A stretch of 64,000 bases of DNA from the NCBI GenBank assembly GCA_045606425.1, contig JAZURV010000001.1:6904-70903 (forward strand). The letters are read 5' to 3'. The notes under the pieces were generated by a model. That model saw nothing but the letters and a program-made list of their open reading frames with translations. It searched no databases and was not told the DNA's origin. This DNA comes from Candidatus Enterousia sp. (GTDB lineage: Bacteria > Pseudomonadota > Alphaproteobacteria > Rs-D84). Shown here one piece after another: positions 55,905 through 64,000 of the stretch. Position numbers and translations under genes: made by a program. The stretch's first letter is position 1, and each line of letters begins with the position of its first letter.

Positions 55905-57320
55905 ATGATAACATCTAATGAATCATCAGATGTGTTCAGTCTGGTTAAATCGCATGATGTAAAAAACCTGCGCGCGATTGACGAAGCGTTTGATTCGGGG
56001 CGTATAGACGCGGCAACCCGTGATTATTTGACGACATTGTACACTGATTCAATGGACAATTTCCGCGAAGTGTTTTTGTACATCGGAAAATGTTTTGGTG
56101 CGCCAAAGGCGGCGGTCCATGCGTACGATTATGAAACAGATTCTGTATTAAATAAACAAATCACAATTTCAGACATAAATCCGTTGGAACCTTATTTGGT
56201 GAATCATCGTCTGGACGAAGACCCAATGCGAAATCAGTTCTTTGCCACCACGCGTGGACATCAGATTGATTTGGCGGTTTCGTCAATAGTGACTGTTATA
56301 ATCGGTGCGCAAAAAAGCATTTCGCGCGCATTGGATAAAATAACTGGCAAATATTACACGGATTATGTCGACGAAGTTGCCCAGACTGCATACACTGTTA
56401 TCGGCCGCACAAAACCAATTGCATCTGCGCGTGCGATATCTGACAAAATTCACGAAAAATTCGGAAAGACCTTTATAACCGATGCGTCAACCAATGTATT
56501 GGCGATAATTGGTTCAGGACACGAAAAAATAGCCGCTGAATTGGTGCGTGCGTTGGATAAAATTCGTACACCGTACGCACGATTAGAAGATGTCTGGCGC
56601 GTTAAATGTTTGTTTGACCTGGTCCCCCAGGCGCGTACTTTTATCGAACGCATTTGCAACATGTGGCCGGACAAGATTATTGCTGTACGTGACAAATTTT
56701 TTGATATTACGAATCCGCGTGGATATCGTGATGCAAAACTGATATTGAATATTGGCACATCAGACCGTGTTATTCCGATGGAGATTATTTGTAATGTCCG
56801 AACATTTTTTGAATTTGAACACCAGACGCACGGTGTGTATGAAAAGGCCAGAAAGAAACAAAAATCTGATGACCCAAAGAAAATTGTCCCGGGAAAGTTC
56901 GAAAATATCACGGAAACCCTGCATCTGGAAGGAATCAAAAAATACAACGCGATAATATGCGACTGTGTCGAAGATTTATTTGACAGAATAGGTTGGAACA
57001 TTTTGTACAGTTTGGGACACGAAGACAAATTGTTCGAAGGATTTCCGCGCATATCGACAATTTATTATCCGAAAAAAATCACGGATATTATTATGGAAAA
57101 GGTTGATAATGCCGTTGAAAACGAGGTTTTTTACGTTGAAAATGCACCGGCAAAATTGACCAAAGACCAAGAAATCCGGATTTTCCGTTGGATGGCGCGG
57201 TTTATATTGGTGTCTGCGATGCCGTATTCCAATTCGAATTGGACAGTAAACACAGACACAATGGGCGGAAAATTCTTTAATTTTATTATGAAAGAAGTCC
57301 TGCGTTATTATAAAAAATAG
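55905..57320 (+). CDS. RelA/SpoT-fold (alarmone-synthetase-like nucleotidyltransferase) domain protein with unique N- and C-terminal regions
   Basis: QKSISRALDKITGK, EDVWRVKCLF, PRGYRDAKLILNI and PMEIICNVRTFFEFEHQTHGVYEKARK parallel the RSH motifs (K..SI..K, D..G.R, GY.S.H, vEIQIRT....WA..EH..YK). Confidence 0.5.
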   Translation: MITSNESSDVFSLVKSHDVKNLRAIDEAFDSGRIDAATRDYLTTLYTDSMDNFREVFLYIGKCFGAPKAAVHAYDYETDSVLNKQITISDINPLEPYLVNHRLDEDPMRNQFFATTRGHQIDLAVSSIVTVIIGAQKSISRALDKITGKYYTDYVDEVAQTAYTVIGRTKPIASARAISDKIHEKFGKTFITDASTNVLAIIGSGHEKIAAELVRALDKIRTPYARLEDVWRVKCLFDLVPQARTFIERICNMWPDKIIAVRDKFFDITNPRGYRDAKLILNIGTSDRVIPMEIICNVRTFFEFEHQTHGVYEKARKKQKSDDPKKIVPGKFENITETLHLEGIKKYNAIICDCVEDLFDRIGWNILYSLGHEDKLFEGFPRISTIYYPKKITDIIMEKVDNAVENEVFYVENAPAKLTKDQEIRIFRWMARFILVSAMPYSNSNWTVNTDTMGGKFFNFIMKEVLRYYKK

Positions 57321-57324
57321 TCGC

Positions 57325-57356
57325 CAGGGGACAGGATTTTGTCCCCTGTGTTTTTT
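57325..57356 (+). terminator. Intrinsic terminator after the RelA/SpoT-fold gene
   Basis: Hairpin caggggac-aggatttt-gtcccctg followed by a T-run. Confidence 0.7.
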
Positions 57357-57449
57357 CTTGCGTTTTGTTTTGATTTTAATGTAGAATGTAATCAGGTTGT
57401 TGATGGAACTTTTGCAACGACCATAACCCTGCATAAAAAGGATACAATT

Positions 57450-57791
57450 ATGCGTCAAGGAAAGGTAAAATGGTATAACGGCAAAAAATGTTTTGGTTTT
57501 ATTGCCCCAGACACCCCAAATGAAGACGGAAATACAGATGATGTGTTCGTGCATTCGTCTGCATTAAAGGCGGCAGATATTCGCTTTTTGAATGAAAACG
57601 ATATTGTTGAATTTGATGAAGAGGTTCGTAACGGAAAATTATCTGTGACGACTTTGAAACTGATTCAGCGCGACGAAGAATCTGCAAAAAGATTTCAGGA
57701 ACGCCGTGCAGAACGTCGTCGTGCACGCGAAGAACGCAAACACCACGAAGAAAAGAAAGAACGTCACGGTTTTGCATTCTGGAAAAAATAA
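57450..57791 (+). CDS. Cold-shock-domain protein with an Arg/Glu-rich C-terminal extension
   Basis: GKVKWYNGKKCFGFI (RNP1) and DVFVHSS (RNP2), then RFQERRAERRRAREERKHHEEKKER. Confidence 0.85.
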   Translation: MRQGKVKWYNGKKCFGFIAPDTPNEDGNTDDVFVHSSALKAADIRFLNENDIVEFDEEVRNGKLSVTTLKLIQRDEESAKRFQERRAERRRAREERKHHEEKKERHGFAFWKK

Positions 57792-57900
57792 TTTTGATTT
57801 TTACAGTTATAACCGCCCATTTGGGCGGTTTTTTGTTGCGCGTAAATATATTTCGTTTTTTTTGCTTTCTTTCATTGTTTAAATGTGGTAAAATATAACT

Positions 57901-58095
57901 GTCGGCAAGGATTTTGTCGATGGGACTACAAACCCGTTTCAGATGGCGTCCATGATGACGTAAAAAACTCCAACCAAGGATTGGGTTGGAGGGTCGCAAA
58001 ATATGTTGAATATGCGCGCAATTTCTATCTGAATTGTTTGTAGCCTCCAACCGCCTGAATTTTTCCGGTGGTTTTTTGTTCAAAAGGGGGATTTT
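57901..58095 (+). promoter_or_regulatory. ~195-nt 5' leader with mutually exclusive hairpins and a terminator (candidate riboswitch or attenuator) upstream of Cys-rich paralog 2
   Basis: An extended -10 (TGGTAAAAT) lies at 57886-57894. GGTTGGAG at ~57985 can pair with CTCCAACC at ~57966 or with CCTCCAACC at ~58037. The latter is part of the terminator AACCGCC-N11-GGTGGTT plus T6. Confidence 0.35.
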
Positions 58096-58842
58096 ATGCG
58101 ACGGATGTTTTTCGCAATATTTTGTTTGTTGGGGATATTTAATAATGGCGCATTTGCCGCCGTGTGTGATGCAGGATATTATAATGATAATGGTACATGC
58201 ACAGAATGTTCCGGATTTCGATATTGCCCTGGCGATGATATTGCACACGATTGCCCATCTGTGAAAGAGCACCAGCGTACAACATTCCCTGATGGTTATG
58301 ATGTTATAAAAACGCAAAATGTTTCTGGTGTAGGTGGTGGGAAAACTATTAACAAATGTAACGTTATTCATCATCTAGAAGACAGAAGGGGTTTTGTACT
58401 TGATTATGCTTCTTATAACGAATCCACACAAGAATATGACAAGACTTGGCTAACATTCTGGTATTCTGTAAACCCTGGTTATTATTTAAGCGAAAGGGGT
58501 TCGTGTGGTACATACGCATATTACAAACAGGTAAACAAATGCCCGGCAGGTTCGTATTGTCCTGGTAAATCAAAAGTTTATTGTGATTCCAGCAACCAGT
58601 CAGTCGTTCATACCACAACATTTGGTATCGAAGCATGCCCAGAAGGGTATTGGTCAAACGATGGTGCATCAGAATGCACCGGGAACACAATCCAGATAAA
58701 TTGGGATAACACGGAACAAAGTGATATCACGGCAAATGATGCAGGAACTGTGATATATGGTGGTGATATACGCACCCCGCGCGCCGCCAGACACATTTCT
58801 GGCAAGGTTTTTACAGGCTGGACATTCAATACACCGGAATAA
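58096..58842 (+). CDS. Secreted Cys-rich protein, paralog 2 (ephrin-receptor/VSP-like C..G.Y....C..C repeats plus a C-terminal Listeria-Bacteroides-type repeat)
   Basis: Signal peptide; CDAGYYNDNGTCTECSGFRYCPG, CPAGSYCPG and CPEGYWSNDGASEC; C-terminal YGGDIRTPRAARHISGKVFTGWTFN. Confidence 0.6.
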   Translation: MRRMFFAIFCLLGIFNNGAFAAVCDAGYYNDNGTCTECSGFRYCPGDDIAHDCPSVKEHQRTTFPDGYDVIKTQNVSGVGGGKTINKCNVIHHLEDRRGFVLDYASYNESTQEYDKTWLTFWYSVNPGYYLSERGSCGTYAYYKQVNKCPAGSYCPGKSKVYCDSSNQSVVHTTTFGIEACPEGYWSNDGASECTGNTIQINWDNTEQSDITANDAGTVIYGGDIRTPRAARHISGKVFTGWTFNTPE

Positions 58843-58904
58843 TATTAAATATTGTTGTTGACAAAATAAGAATCTGCACTATATTTGTCAACAAAGGATA
58901 TAAG

Positions 58905-59738
58905 ATGTTTGGCAAATTGGTAATTTCTTTCAAAATAACAAATTGGTGCAATTTAAATTGTGCGCATTGTTGTGAAAATTCTGGACCAAACAGCCCAAAA
59001 CGATTTATGTCGTTACATCAAATCGACGAATATTTGTGCGAATTCAATGAATTGCCGTATCGTCTGTCAGAAAATGTTGTTATCGGCGGTGGCGAAGGGC
59101 TAAGCCCTTATTTGTTTGGTAATTTTGATTACATCCCAGATGTTTTGTCGATGATAAATTCACAAAATGGCGTAACCACAATAAAAACAAATGGTGTATG
59201 GGCGGCGGATAAATCCCGTGCCAGAACGATATTGAAAAGTTTGGCCACCACTGCGCACAAGATGGGCAAACTGGTCGATTTGGACATATCAATAGACGAA
59301 TTTCATAATAATATACCGGCCGTTGCGAATTTGTTTTCAGAAATATTGTCTGATGAATATATTACTGTGGCGGTCAGACCGATTTTTGCGGGTTTCAAAA
59401 CGCTGGGGTCTGCGGTGGCTTTGGTTAAACTAAAAAAAGAATTAAATGCCCGCAAAATATTGGTTGAACAAAAATCAAATGGTGATTGGTGTGTGTACAA
59501 TGAATTTGGAACAGGCATTCATGTCCCGACAGATTATGATAATGAAATTTTCGACATTGGGCGTGCAAAAAATACAAATGTTTTCACATATCGCTATCAA
59601 GAACCAGGTCTGATAAGTGTCAACAGTCTTCAAATTGACGGTAACGATAATGCAATTTTGAATAATTTTTACAAAACAAAAATCAACGGTAGGCCACTGG
59701 AAAATGTGGTCAAAAGCCTGATTCAAAGGGCAAAATAA
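58905..59738 (+). CDS. Small radical SAM protein (no SPASM domain), function unknown
   Basis: NWCNLNCAHC (CX3CX2C near the N-terminus) and GGGEGL. Confidence 0.65.
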   Translation: MFGKLVISFKITNWCNLNCAHCCENSGPNSPKRFMSLHQIDEYLCEFNELPYRLSENVVIGGGEGLSPYLFGNFDYIPDVLSMINSQNGVTTIKTNGVWAADKSRARTILKSLATTAHKMGKLVDLDISIDEFHNNIPAVANLFSEILSDEYITVAVRPIFAGFKTLGSAVALVKLKKELNARKILVEQKSNGDWCVYNEFGTGIHVPTDYDNEIFDIGRAKNTNVFTYRYQEPGLISVNSLQIDGNDNAILNNFYKTKINGRPLENVVKSLIQRAK

Positions 59739-60659
59739 TTAGTTGTCATTGTTGTTTGCCATCGGGTGTGCATGATTATATACGTCCATAATTTCCGCCA
59801 TGTTTACTTTGGTATATAATTGCGTGGTGGAAAGTGACGAATGCCCCAATAATTCCTGTAATGCACGCAAATCTGCGCCGCCCGCCAATAATGCCGTCGC
59901 AAAAGTATGTCGCAACGCATGTGGCGTCACATAGTCTGGCAATTGTAAATAATGACGCAGATTTTCGATAACTTTTTCCGCCATGCGCGCAGACATCGGC
60001 AGACCGCGAACACTGCGAAACAGCGGTTCATCGCCACGCGTCCCAAAAGGATTTAATCGCGTATATTTTTCAATCGCAACATATACCGCTGGCAACACCG
60101 GCACAATGCGTTCTTTGTTGCCTTTGCCGACAATGCGCAGCGATTCAGGTCTGTTTACGACATCGATGTTTTTCAACGATAACACTTCGCTGATACGCAA
60201 ACCGCATCCGAATATCAACACCACCAACGCCCAATCGCGCGCCGCAATCCATGGTTCGTTCATATCGATTGCGCGAATTGCGTCGTGCATATCTGAAACA
60301 TCAGTGGTTTCGATTGCTTTGGATAATTTTCGTTCAACCTTTGGTGCAGATATTATTCCAATTGCGTCGTTTTGGATGTTCTTTTGTTTTGCTAACCATT
60401 TATAGAAAGTGCGCAGTGATGATAATGCGCGTGCTGTCGATTTGTGTGTCAATTCGCGTCGCGCACGGTCTGCCATCCATGAACGAAATGTAATCGTGTC
60501 GCACCTTGCGATATCGCTTAAATCTGTGCGCCCATCATTAAATCGTGCAAAAAATTTTATAAAATCATGAATGTCGTTTTCGTATGCCGTTGCAGTGTGC
60601 GTCGAATAATTTTTCGTATTCAACAAATATTCTACAAATTCAGCAATTACTTCGTTCAT
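59739..60659 (-). CDS. Tyrosine recombinase, XerC/XerD family
   Basis: HALRHTFATALLAGGADLRALQELLGHSSLSTTQLYTKV and an upstream ARDWALVVLIFGCGLRISE motif. Confidence 0.85.
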   Translation of the reverse strand: MNEVIAEFVEYLLNTKNYSTHTATAYENDIHDFIKFFARFNDGRTDLSDIARCDTITFRSWMADRARRELTHKSTARALSSLRTFYKWLAKQKNIQNDAIGIISAPKVERKLSKAIETTDVSDMHDAIRAIDMNEPWIAARDWALVVLIFGCGLRISEVLSLKNIDVVNRPESLRIVGKGNKERIVPVLPAVYVAIEKYTRLNPFGTRGDEPLFRSVRGLPMSARMAEKVIENLRHYLQLPDYVTPHALRHTFATALLAGGADLRALQELLGHSSLSTTQLYTKVNMAEIMDVYNHAHPMANNNDN

Positions 60660-61393
60660 TTTATTTCAAAAGTTGCGGATACCGTCACTGTTATTTCTGT
60701 GTCTTTGCCAACAATGCTGCCACCTGTATCAAAAGATTCAGCGGTTGCCAGCGCCATTTTTGCGCCCATTAAACGATAATTTGCCACGGGTCTTTCACCA
60801 TAAGAAACATTGTCATAAGATACAGACAACAATTTTCCCGCTTTTAATTTATCGCCAGAAACCAATGCGTCGGCGCGTGCGCGTGCGTCGTCCAGCGCCA
60901 CAGACAAACATTTATCCAACGCAGGTTTTAATGCTTCGCTGGATGTGAACATGCGCAGATTTTCTGTAAACACATCTGGTTGACCTGCAAATTTATTCAA
61001 CACAGATTCGATAATTTCAGGGTTGTTCGCAGAAACTTCGATTGCGATACGCGTTTCGATACCCAGGTTTTCAGATTTTTGTAATTCGTGATTCCATTCT
61101 GTTTTTTCATACGAATTAAATTCTGTGGTTTGCATTTTAACATCGATGGTTTTCAAATAATCTGTAATTTCAGCCATCTTGTCAGTTGCCATTTTCATAG
61201 ATTTTGCGGCGTTTTTATCCAAAGTTGTCACACGCAAAGTAATCGCAGTTCTGTCCTTTGCGACAGATGTTAAACATTCGCCACTTACATTTATTTTGCG
61301 AATTTCAACGGGCTTTTTCACAAAATCAAAAACCAGCGACACAACCGCGCCGAATCCAATGACAGACAAAATCCAGATAATATATTTTTTCAT
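60656..61393 (-). CDS. SIMPL-domain (DUF541 / BP26-like) periplasmic protein
   Basis: N-terminal anchor, with size and pattern (...ITVTVSATFEIK end) typical of SIMPL proteins. Confidence 0.6.
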   Translation of the reverse strand: MKKYIIWILSVIGFGAVVSLVFDFVKKPVEIRKINVSGECLTSVAKDRTAITLRVTTLDKNAAKSMKMATDKMAEITDYLKTIDVKMQTTEFNSYEKTEWNHELQKSENLGIETRIAIEVSANNPEIIESVLNKFAGQPDVFTENLRMFTSSEALKPALDKCLSVALDDARARADALVSGDKLKAGKLLSVSYDNVSYGERPVANYRLMGAKMALATAESFDTGGSIVGKDTEITVTVSATFEIK

Positions 61394-61414
61394 GTTCTCT
61401 CTCCTGTTGTTGTT

Positions 61415-62407
61415 TTAGCCTAACATTTTCTTTTTAACTTTTGCGATGGTTTTTGACGCGACAAATCCTGCGCGTTTTGCACCGTTAGCCAAAATTGCAT
61501 CTATTTCAGATTTGTTTGCCAACAATCTTTCGTATTCTGCGCGTGGTTTGGATAATACAGAATCCATCTTTTCAAACAAGATTGTTTTTGCTTCGCCGTA
61601 TCCCATGCCGCCGTCTAGAAACCGTTTGCGTAATGCTGCGATTTCTGTTTCGTTTGCAAAGAATCTATAAATCTGGAATATTGTAGATTCATCTGGATTT
61701 TTTGATTCTTCTGGTGTTTTGGAATCGGTAATAATCCGCATGACCTTTTTCTTTAATTCGTTGCTGGGACACAAAAGCGGTATTGTGTTATCATAAGATT
61801 TGCTCATTTTCCGTCCGTCCAGACCAGGAATAATACCGGCTGTTTCGCCAATTACTGGTTCGGGCAATTTGAATGTTTCGCCATAAATATTATTAAAATA
61901 TCCGGCGATATCACGCGCGAATTCGACATGTTGTTTTTGGTCTTTGCCGACCGGTACTATGTCCGAATTATACAGCAAAATATCCGCCGCCATCAAAATA
62001 GGGTATGTGTACAATCCCATATTGACCCCGGCATCAACATCTTCGCCAATTTCAGTATTCTTTTCAACGCGTGCCTTGTAAGAATGGGCGCGATTCATCA
62101 AACCCTTTGGCGTCACATTCATTAAAAATTCAGATAATTTATAAATTTCATCTATATCAGATTGGCGGAACAAAACGGTGTTTTCCAAATTCAGCCCCAT
62201 CGCAATCATCAACGCTGCGATTTCATAGGTATGTTGTTTTATGGCCTGCGCATCTTTTTCTGCATTTAACGCGTGCAAATCAGCAATAAACATAATTGTT
62301 TTATGGTTTTGTGATAAATCAATCAATGGCTTCAACGCCCCCAAATAGTTTCCGATGTGAGGGGTGCCTGTTGGTTTTATTCCAGTTAAAACAATTTTGT
62401 CGTCCAT
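61415..62407 (-). CDS. trpS: Tryptophan--tRNA ligase
   Basis: GIKPTGTPHIGNYLGA (HIGH) and KMSKS. Confidence 0.9.
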   Translation of the reverse strand: MDDKIVLTGIKPTGTPHIGNYLGALKPLIDLSQNHKTIMFIADLHALNAEKDAQAIKQHTYEIAALMIAMGLNLENTVLFRQSDIDEIYKLSEFLMNVTPKGLMNRAHSYKARVEKNTEIGEDVDAGVNMGLYTYPILMAADILLYNSDIVPVGKDQKQHVEFARDIAGYFNNIYGETFKLPEPVIGETAGIIPGLDGRKMSKSYDNTIPLLCPSNELKKKVMRIITDSKTPEESKNPDESTIFQIYRFFANETEIAALRKRFLDGGMGYGEAKTILFEKMDSVLSKPRAEYERLLANKSEIDAILANGAKRAGFVASKTIAKVKKKMLG

Positions 62408-62465
62408 TTTTCATAACCTTTTTCGTTGAATAAATTATAACAATATCTTGCGGGGAAAGCAATAA

Positions 62466-62491
62466 AAAATCCCGCGAATGTGCGGGATTTT
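62466..62491 (-). terminator. Intrinsic terminator downstream of rpsD
   Basis: Hairpin aatcccgc-gaatgt-gcgggatt with a T-run on the minus strand. Confidence 0.65.
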
Positions 62492-62509
62492 AAACCAACC
62501 ATATTCACA

Positions 62510-63142
62510 TTAGCGTGAATAGAATTCGACGACCAATTCCGGTTGCATTTGCACTGGATATGGAACATCGTCAAACGCAGGAACGCGTGTAAATGTTGCA
62601 GTGAAATTCGCACTGTCCACTGTGATATAGTCTGGGAAATTGCGTTCGCCAGATTCCAAAGCCAACACGACCAACGGCATTTGTTTTGCTTTTTCACTGA
62701 CAGTGATAACATCGCCTGGATTTACACGATACGAAGCAATTTTAACGCGTTTGCCATTGACATAGATGTGACCATGGCTGACCAATTGACGGGCAGAAAA
62801 CACTGTTGGTGCCAATTTTGAACGGTAAACAACTGCGTCCAAACGGCGTTCCAACAAACCAATAAGGTTTTCAGGTGCGTCACCACGCATATTTTCTGCT
62901 TCTGCATAATAGGCATGGAATTTCTTTTCGCCGATATTACCATAATAACCTTTCAGGGTCTGTTTTGCGCGCATCTGTTTTGCATAATCAGACGAAGATG
63001 CCCCACGGGAAGTTGGCCCATGTTGACCCGGTTTGTATTTGCGTTTATTAAACGGGGATTTAGCCTGGCCCCACAGGTTGACACCCAATGAACGACCAAT
63101 TTTTAATTTACGTGTGCTGCGTTTTGCACCAGCTCTTGCCAT
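62510..63142 (-). CDS. rpsD: 30S ribosomal protein S4
   Basis: [20 protein letters not shown]... and the S4-domain [14 protein letters not shown]...[13 protein letters not shown]. Confidence 0.9.
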   Translation of the reverse strand: MARAGAKRSTRKLKIGRSLGVNLWGQAKSPFNKRKYKPGQHGPTSRGASSSDYAKQMRAKQTLKGYYGNIGEKKFHAYYAEAENMRGDAPENLIGLLERRLDAVVYRSKLAPTVFSARQLVSHGHIYVNGKRVKIASYRVNPGDVITVSEKAKQMPLVVLALESGERNFPDYITVDSANFTATFTRVPAFDDVPYPVQMQPELVVEFYSR

Positions 63143-63310
63143 AATTTTTTCCTTTTAGTTTTTGGTTTTTCGTATGCCGAACATTTCACAGAATCCTTAT
63201 CACAGACGGGACCAAAAGACACCGTTGTTTAATCAGTTCTGGTTATCCAGCGGTGCCTATGATATATTATTTTTTTCGCAAAATCAAGCGTTTTTGTTGG
63301 TTTTGGAATA

Positions 63311-63535
63311 AAAAAGAACCCGGGAAAGCAAGTTCCCCTCCTGCGGAGGAGTGGCGGAACGCCGGGGTGGTCTTTTGTTTTCCAGATTGTTCGTTTTTTT
63401 CAACCCTCCCCCCCACTTCGTGGTCCCCCCCCCGCCCTGGGCGGGGAATACAAGCAAGGTCTCGGAAACGAAGTACACCGAAACCGTTGCGGTATATGCG
63501 CAAAAAAACAACTGCCCGTGTGGGCGGTGTTTTTT
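63311..63535 (-). repeat. ~225-bp GC-rich composite repeat, copy 2 (inverted relative to 11637-11860)
   Basis: Its reverse complement aligns end to end with copy 1. It contains CAAGTTCCCCTCCTGCGGAGGAGTGGCGGAACGCCGGGGTGGTCTTTTG (TIR-type end) and a C9 run. Confidence 0.8.
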
Positions 63536-63556
63536 GCATTTGGTATTATGTTAATA

Positions 63557-64000
63557 TTACTGAATCGACCCGTACAGCCCCTCGCGCAGGGCGGAGCTGC
63601 CCTGGGCGTTGTTGCCGCAGCCGCCCGCACAAAGCCCGGCACATACGTCAGCCGAAGAGCTCGAGTAGCCGAACACCCAAGGCGATTGTGCAGATATTGG
63701 GTCACCATTTGTTGGTGTGAAATTATCCATACGACACCAACAATTTATACCCGTGCCAGATTCATCAGGGGCGCCAGTTGCACCCTGGGTTGTCCCCGCG
63801 GTCGATGAACACAGCGATGTTCCGGTTATTGTTCCATAATTGAATGTCACGCTCCATGATGTACCAGAGTCTGTATATGCGCTTCCGTTTGTATTGACAT
63901 TTTCCATCAACACAGCCAATGGATTTACAAATGTCCAACCGGTAAAGATTTTACCCGGTTTGTGAACCGCTTTCCGTGGCGTTCTGATATCGCCACCGTA
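63557..64000 (-). CDS. Secreted Cys-rich protein, paralog 3 (3' part; the frame is open to the window edge)
   Basis: The reverse strand reads YGGDIRTPRKAVHKPGKIFTGWTF..., then ...INCWCRMDNFTPTNGDPISAQSPWVFGYSSSSADVCAGLCAGGC, homologous to the CYCQLD...SAPWVFNY...CADDCAGNC module of paralog 1. Confidence 0.6.
   Translation of the reverse strand, partial: YGGDIRTPRKAVHKPGKIFTGWTFVNPLAVLMENVNTNGSAYTDSGTSWSVTFNYGTITGTSLCSSTAGTTQGATGAPDESGTGINCWCRMDNFTPTNGDPISAQSPWVFGYSSSSADVCAGLCAGGCGNNAQGSSALREGLYGSIQ

Noticed and set aside
57499-58374. 291-aa ORF on the minus strand
   Set aside because: It is antisense to the well-supported csp gene, the terminator, the structured leader and the start of the Cys-rich gene. 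It has no recognisable motif and is probably an artefact.

Overview
This 64-kb window is from a low-GC Gram-negative chromosome. BamD, TolC, Slam, RlpA and MurJ are present, and several family signatures (DUF5681, SIMPL/BP26, NrtR-like) suggest a host-associated alphaproteobacterium, but that is inference only. All calls come from motif recognition in the supplied ORF translations and from reading the DNA; no searches were run. The housekeeping backbone is tdk, alaS, hupB, smpB, tatD, holB, a PBP5-type carboxypeptidase, rpoZ, an MtaB-like gene, rlpA, murJ, bamD, dcd, era, queA, tgt, lysS, a csp gene, xerC/D, trpS and rpsD, plus tRNA-Arg(ACG), tRNA-Ser(GGA) and tRNA-Gly(GCC). Five kinds of accessory material stand out. 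(1) A family of GC-rich hairpin repeats with a CCCCTCC-N3-GGAGGGG core. One member is a ~450-bp cassette with ~47-bp terminal inverted repeats that carries a DUF559/Vsr-like endonuclease domain and sits in-frame inside queA. A ~250-bp MITE-like member and solo ends lie next to tRNA-Arg and downstream of paralogous secreted-protein genes. (2) A ~14.5-kb composite island downstream of tRNA-Ser(GGA), delimited by nested direct repeats containing tRNA 3'-end fragments. It holds a visibly AT-rich glycosyltransferase / radical-SAM-SPASM / HD / PcfJ-like cluster and a 5-kb prophage remnant. The remnant carries a self-contained AAA(DUF4143) ATPase + trypsin-like protease operon, a ParB-methyltransferase, a small-terminase-like gene and a truncated large terminase. 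(3) A Slam (DUF560) plus surface-lipoprotein pair beside a TolC/MacAB-type efflux operon. (4) Three paralogous Cys-rich secreted proteins. (5) A RelA/SpoT-fold protein coupled to lysS, and two promoter-to-terminator structured RNA/leader candidates.
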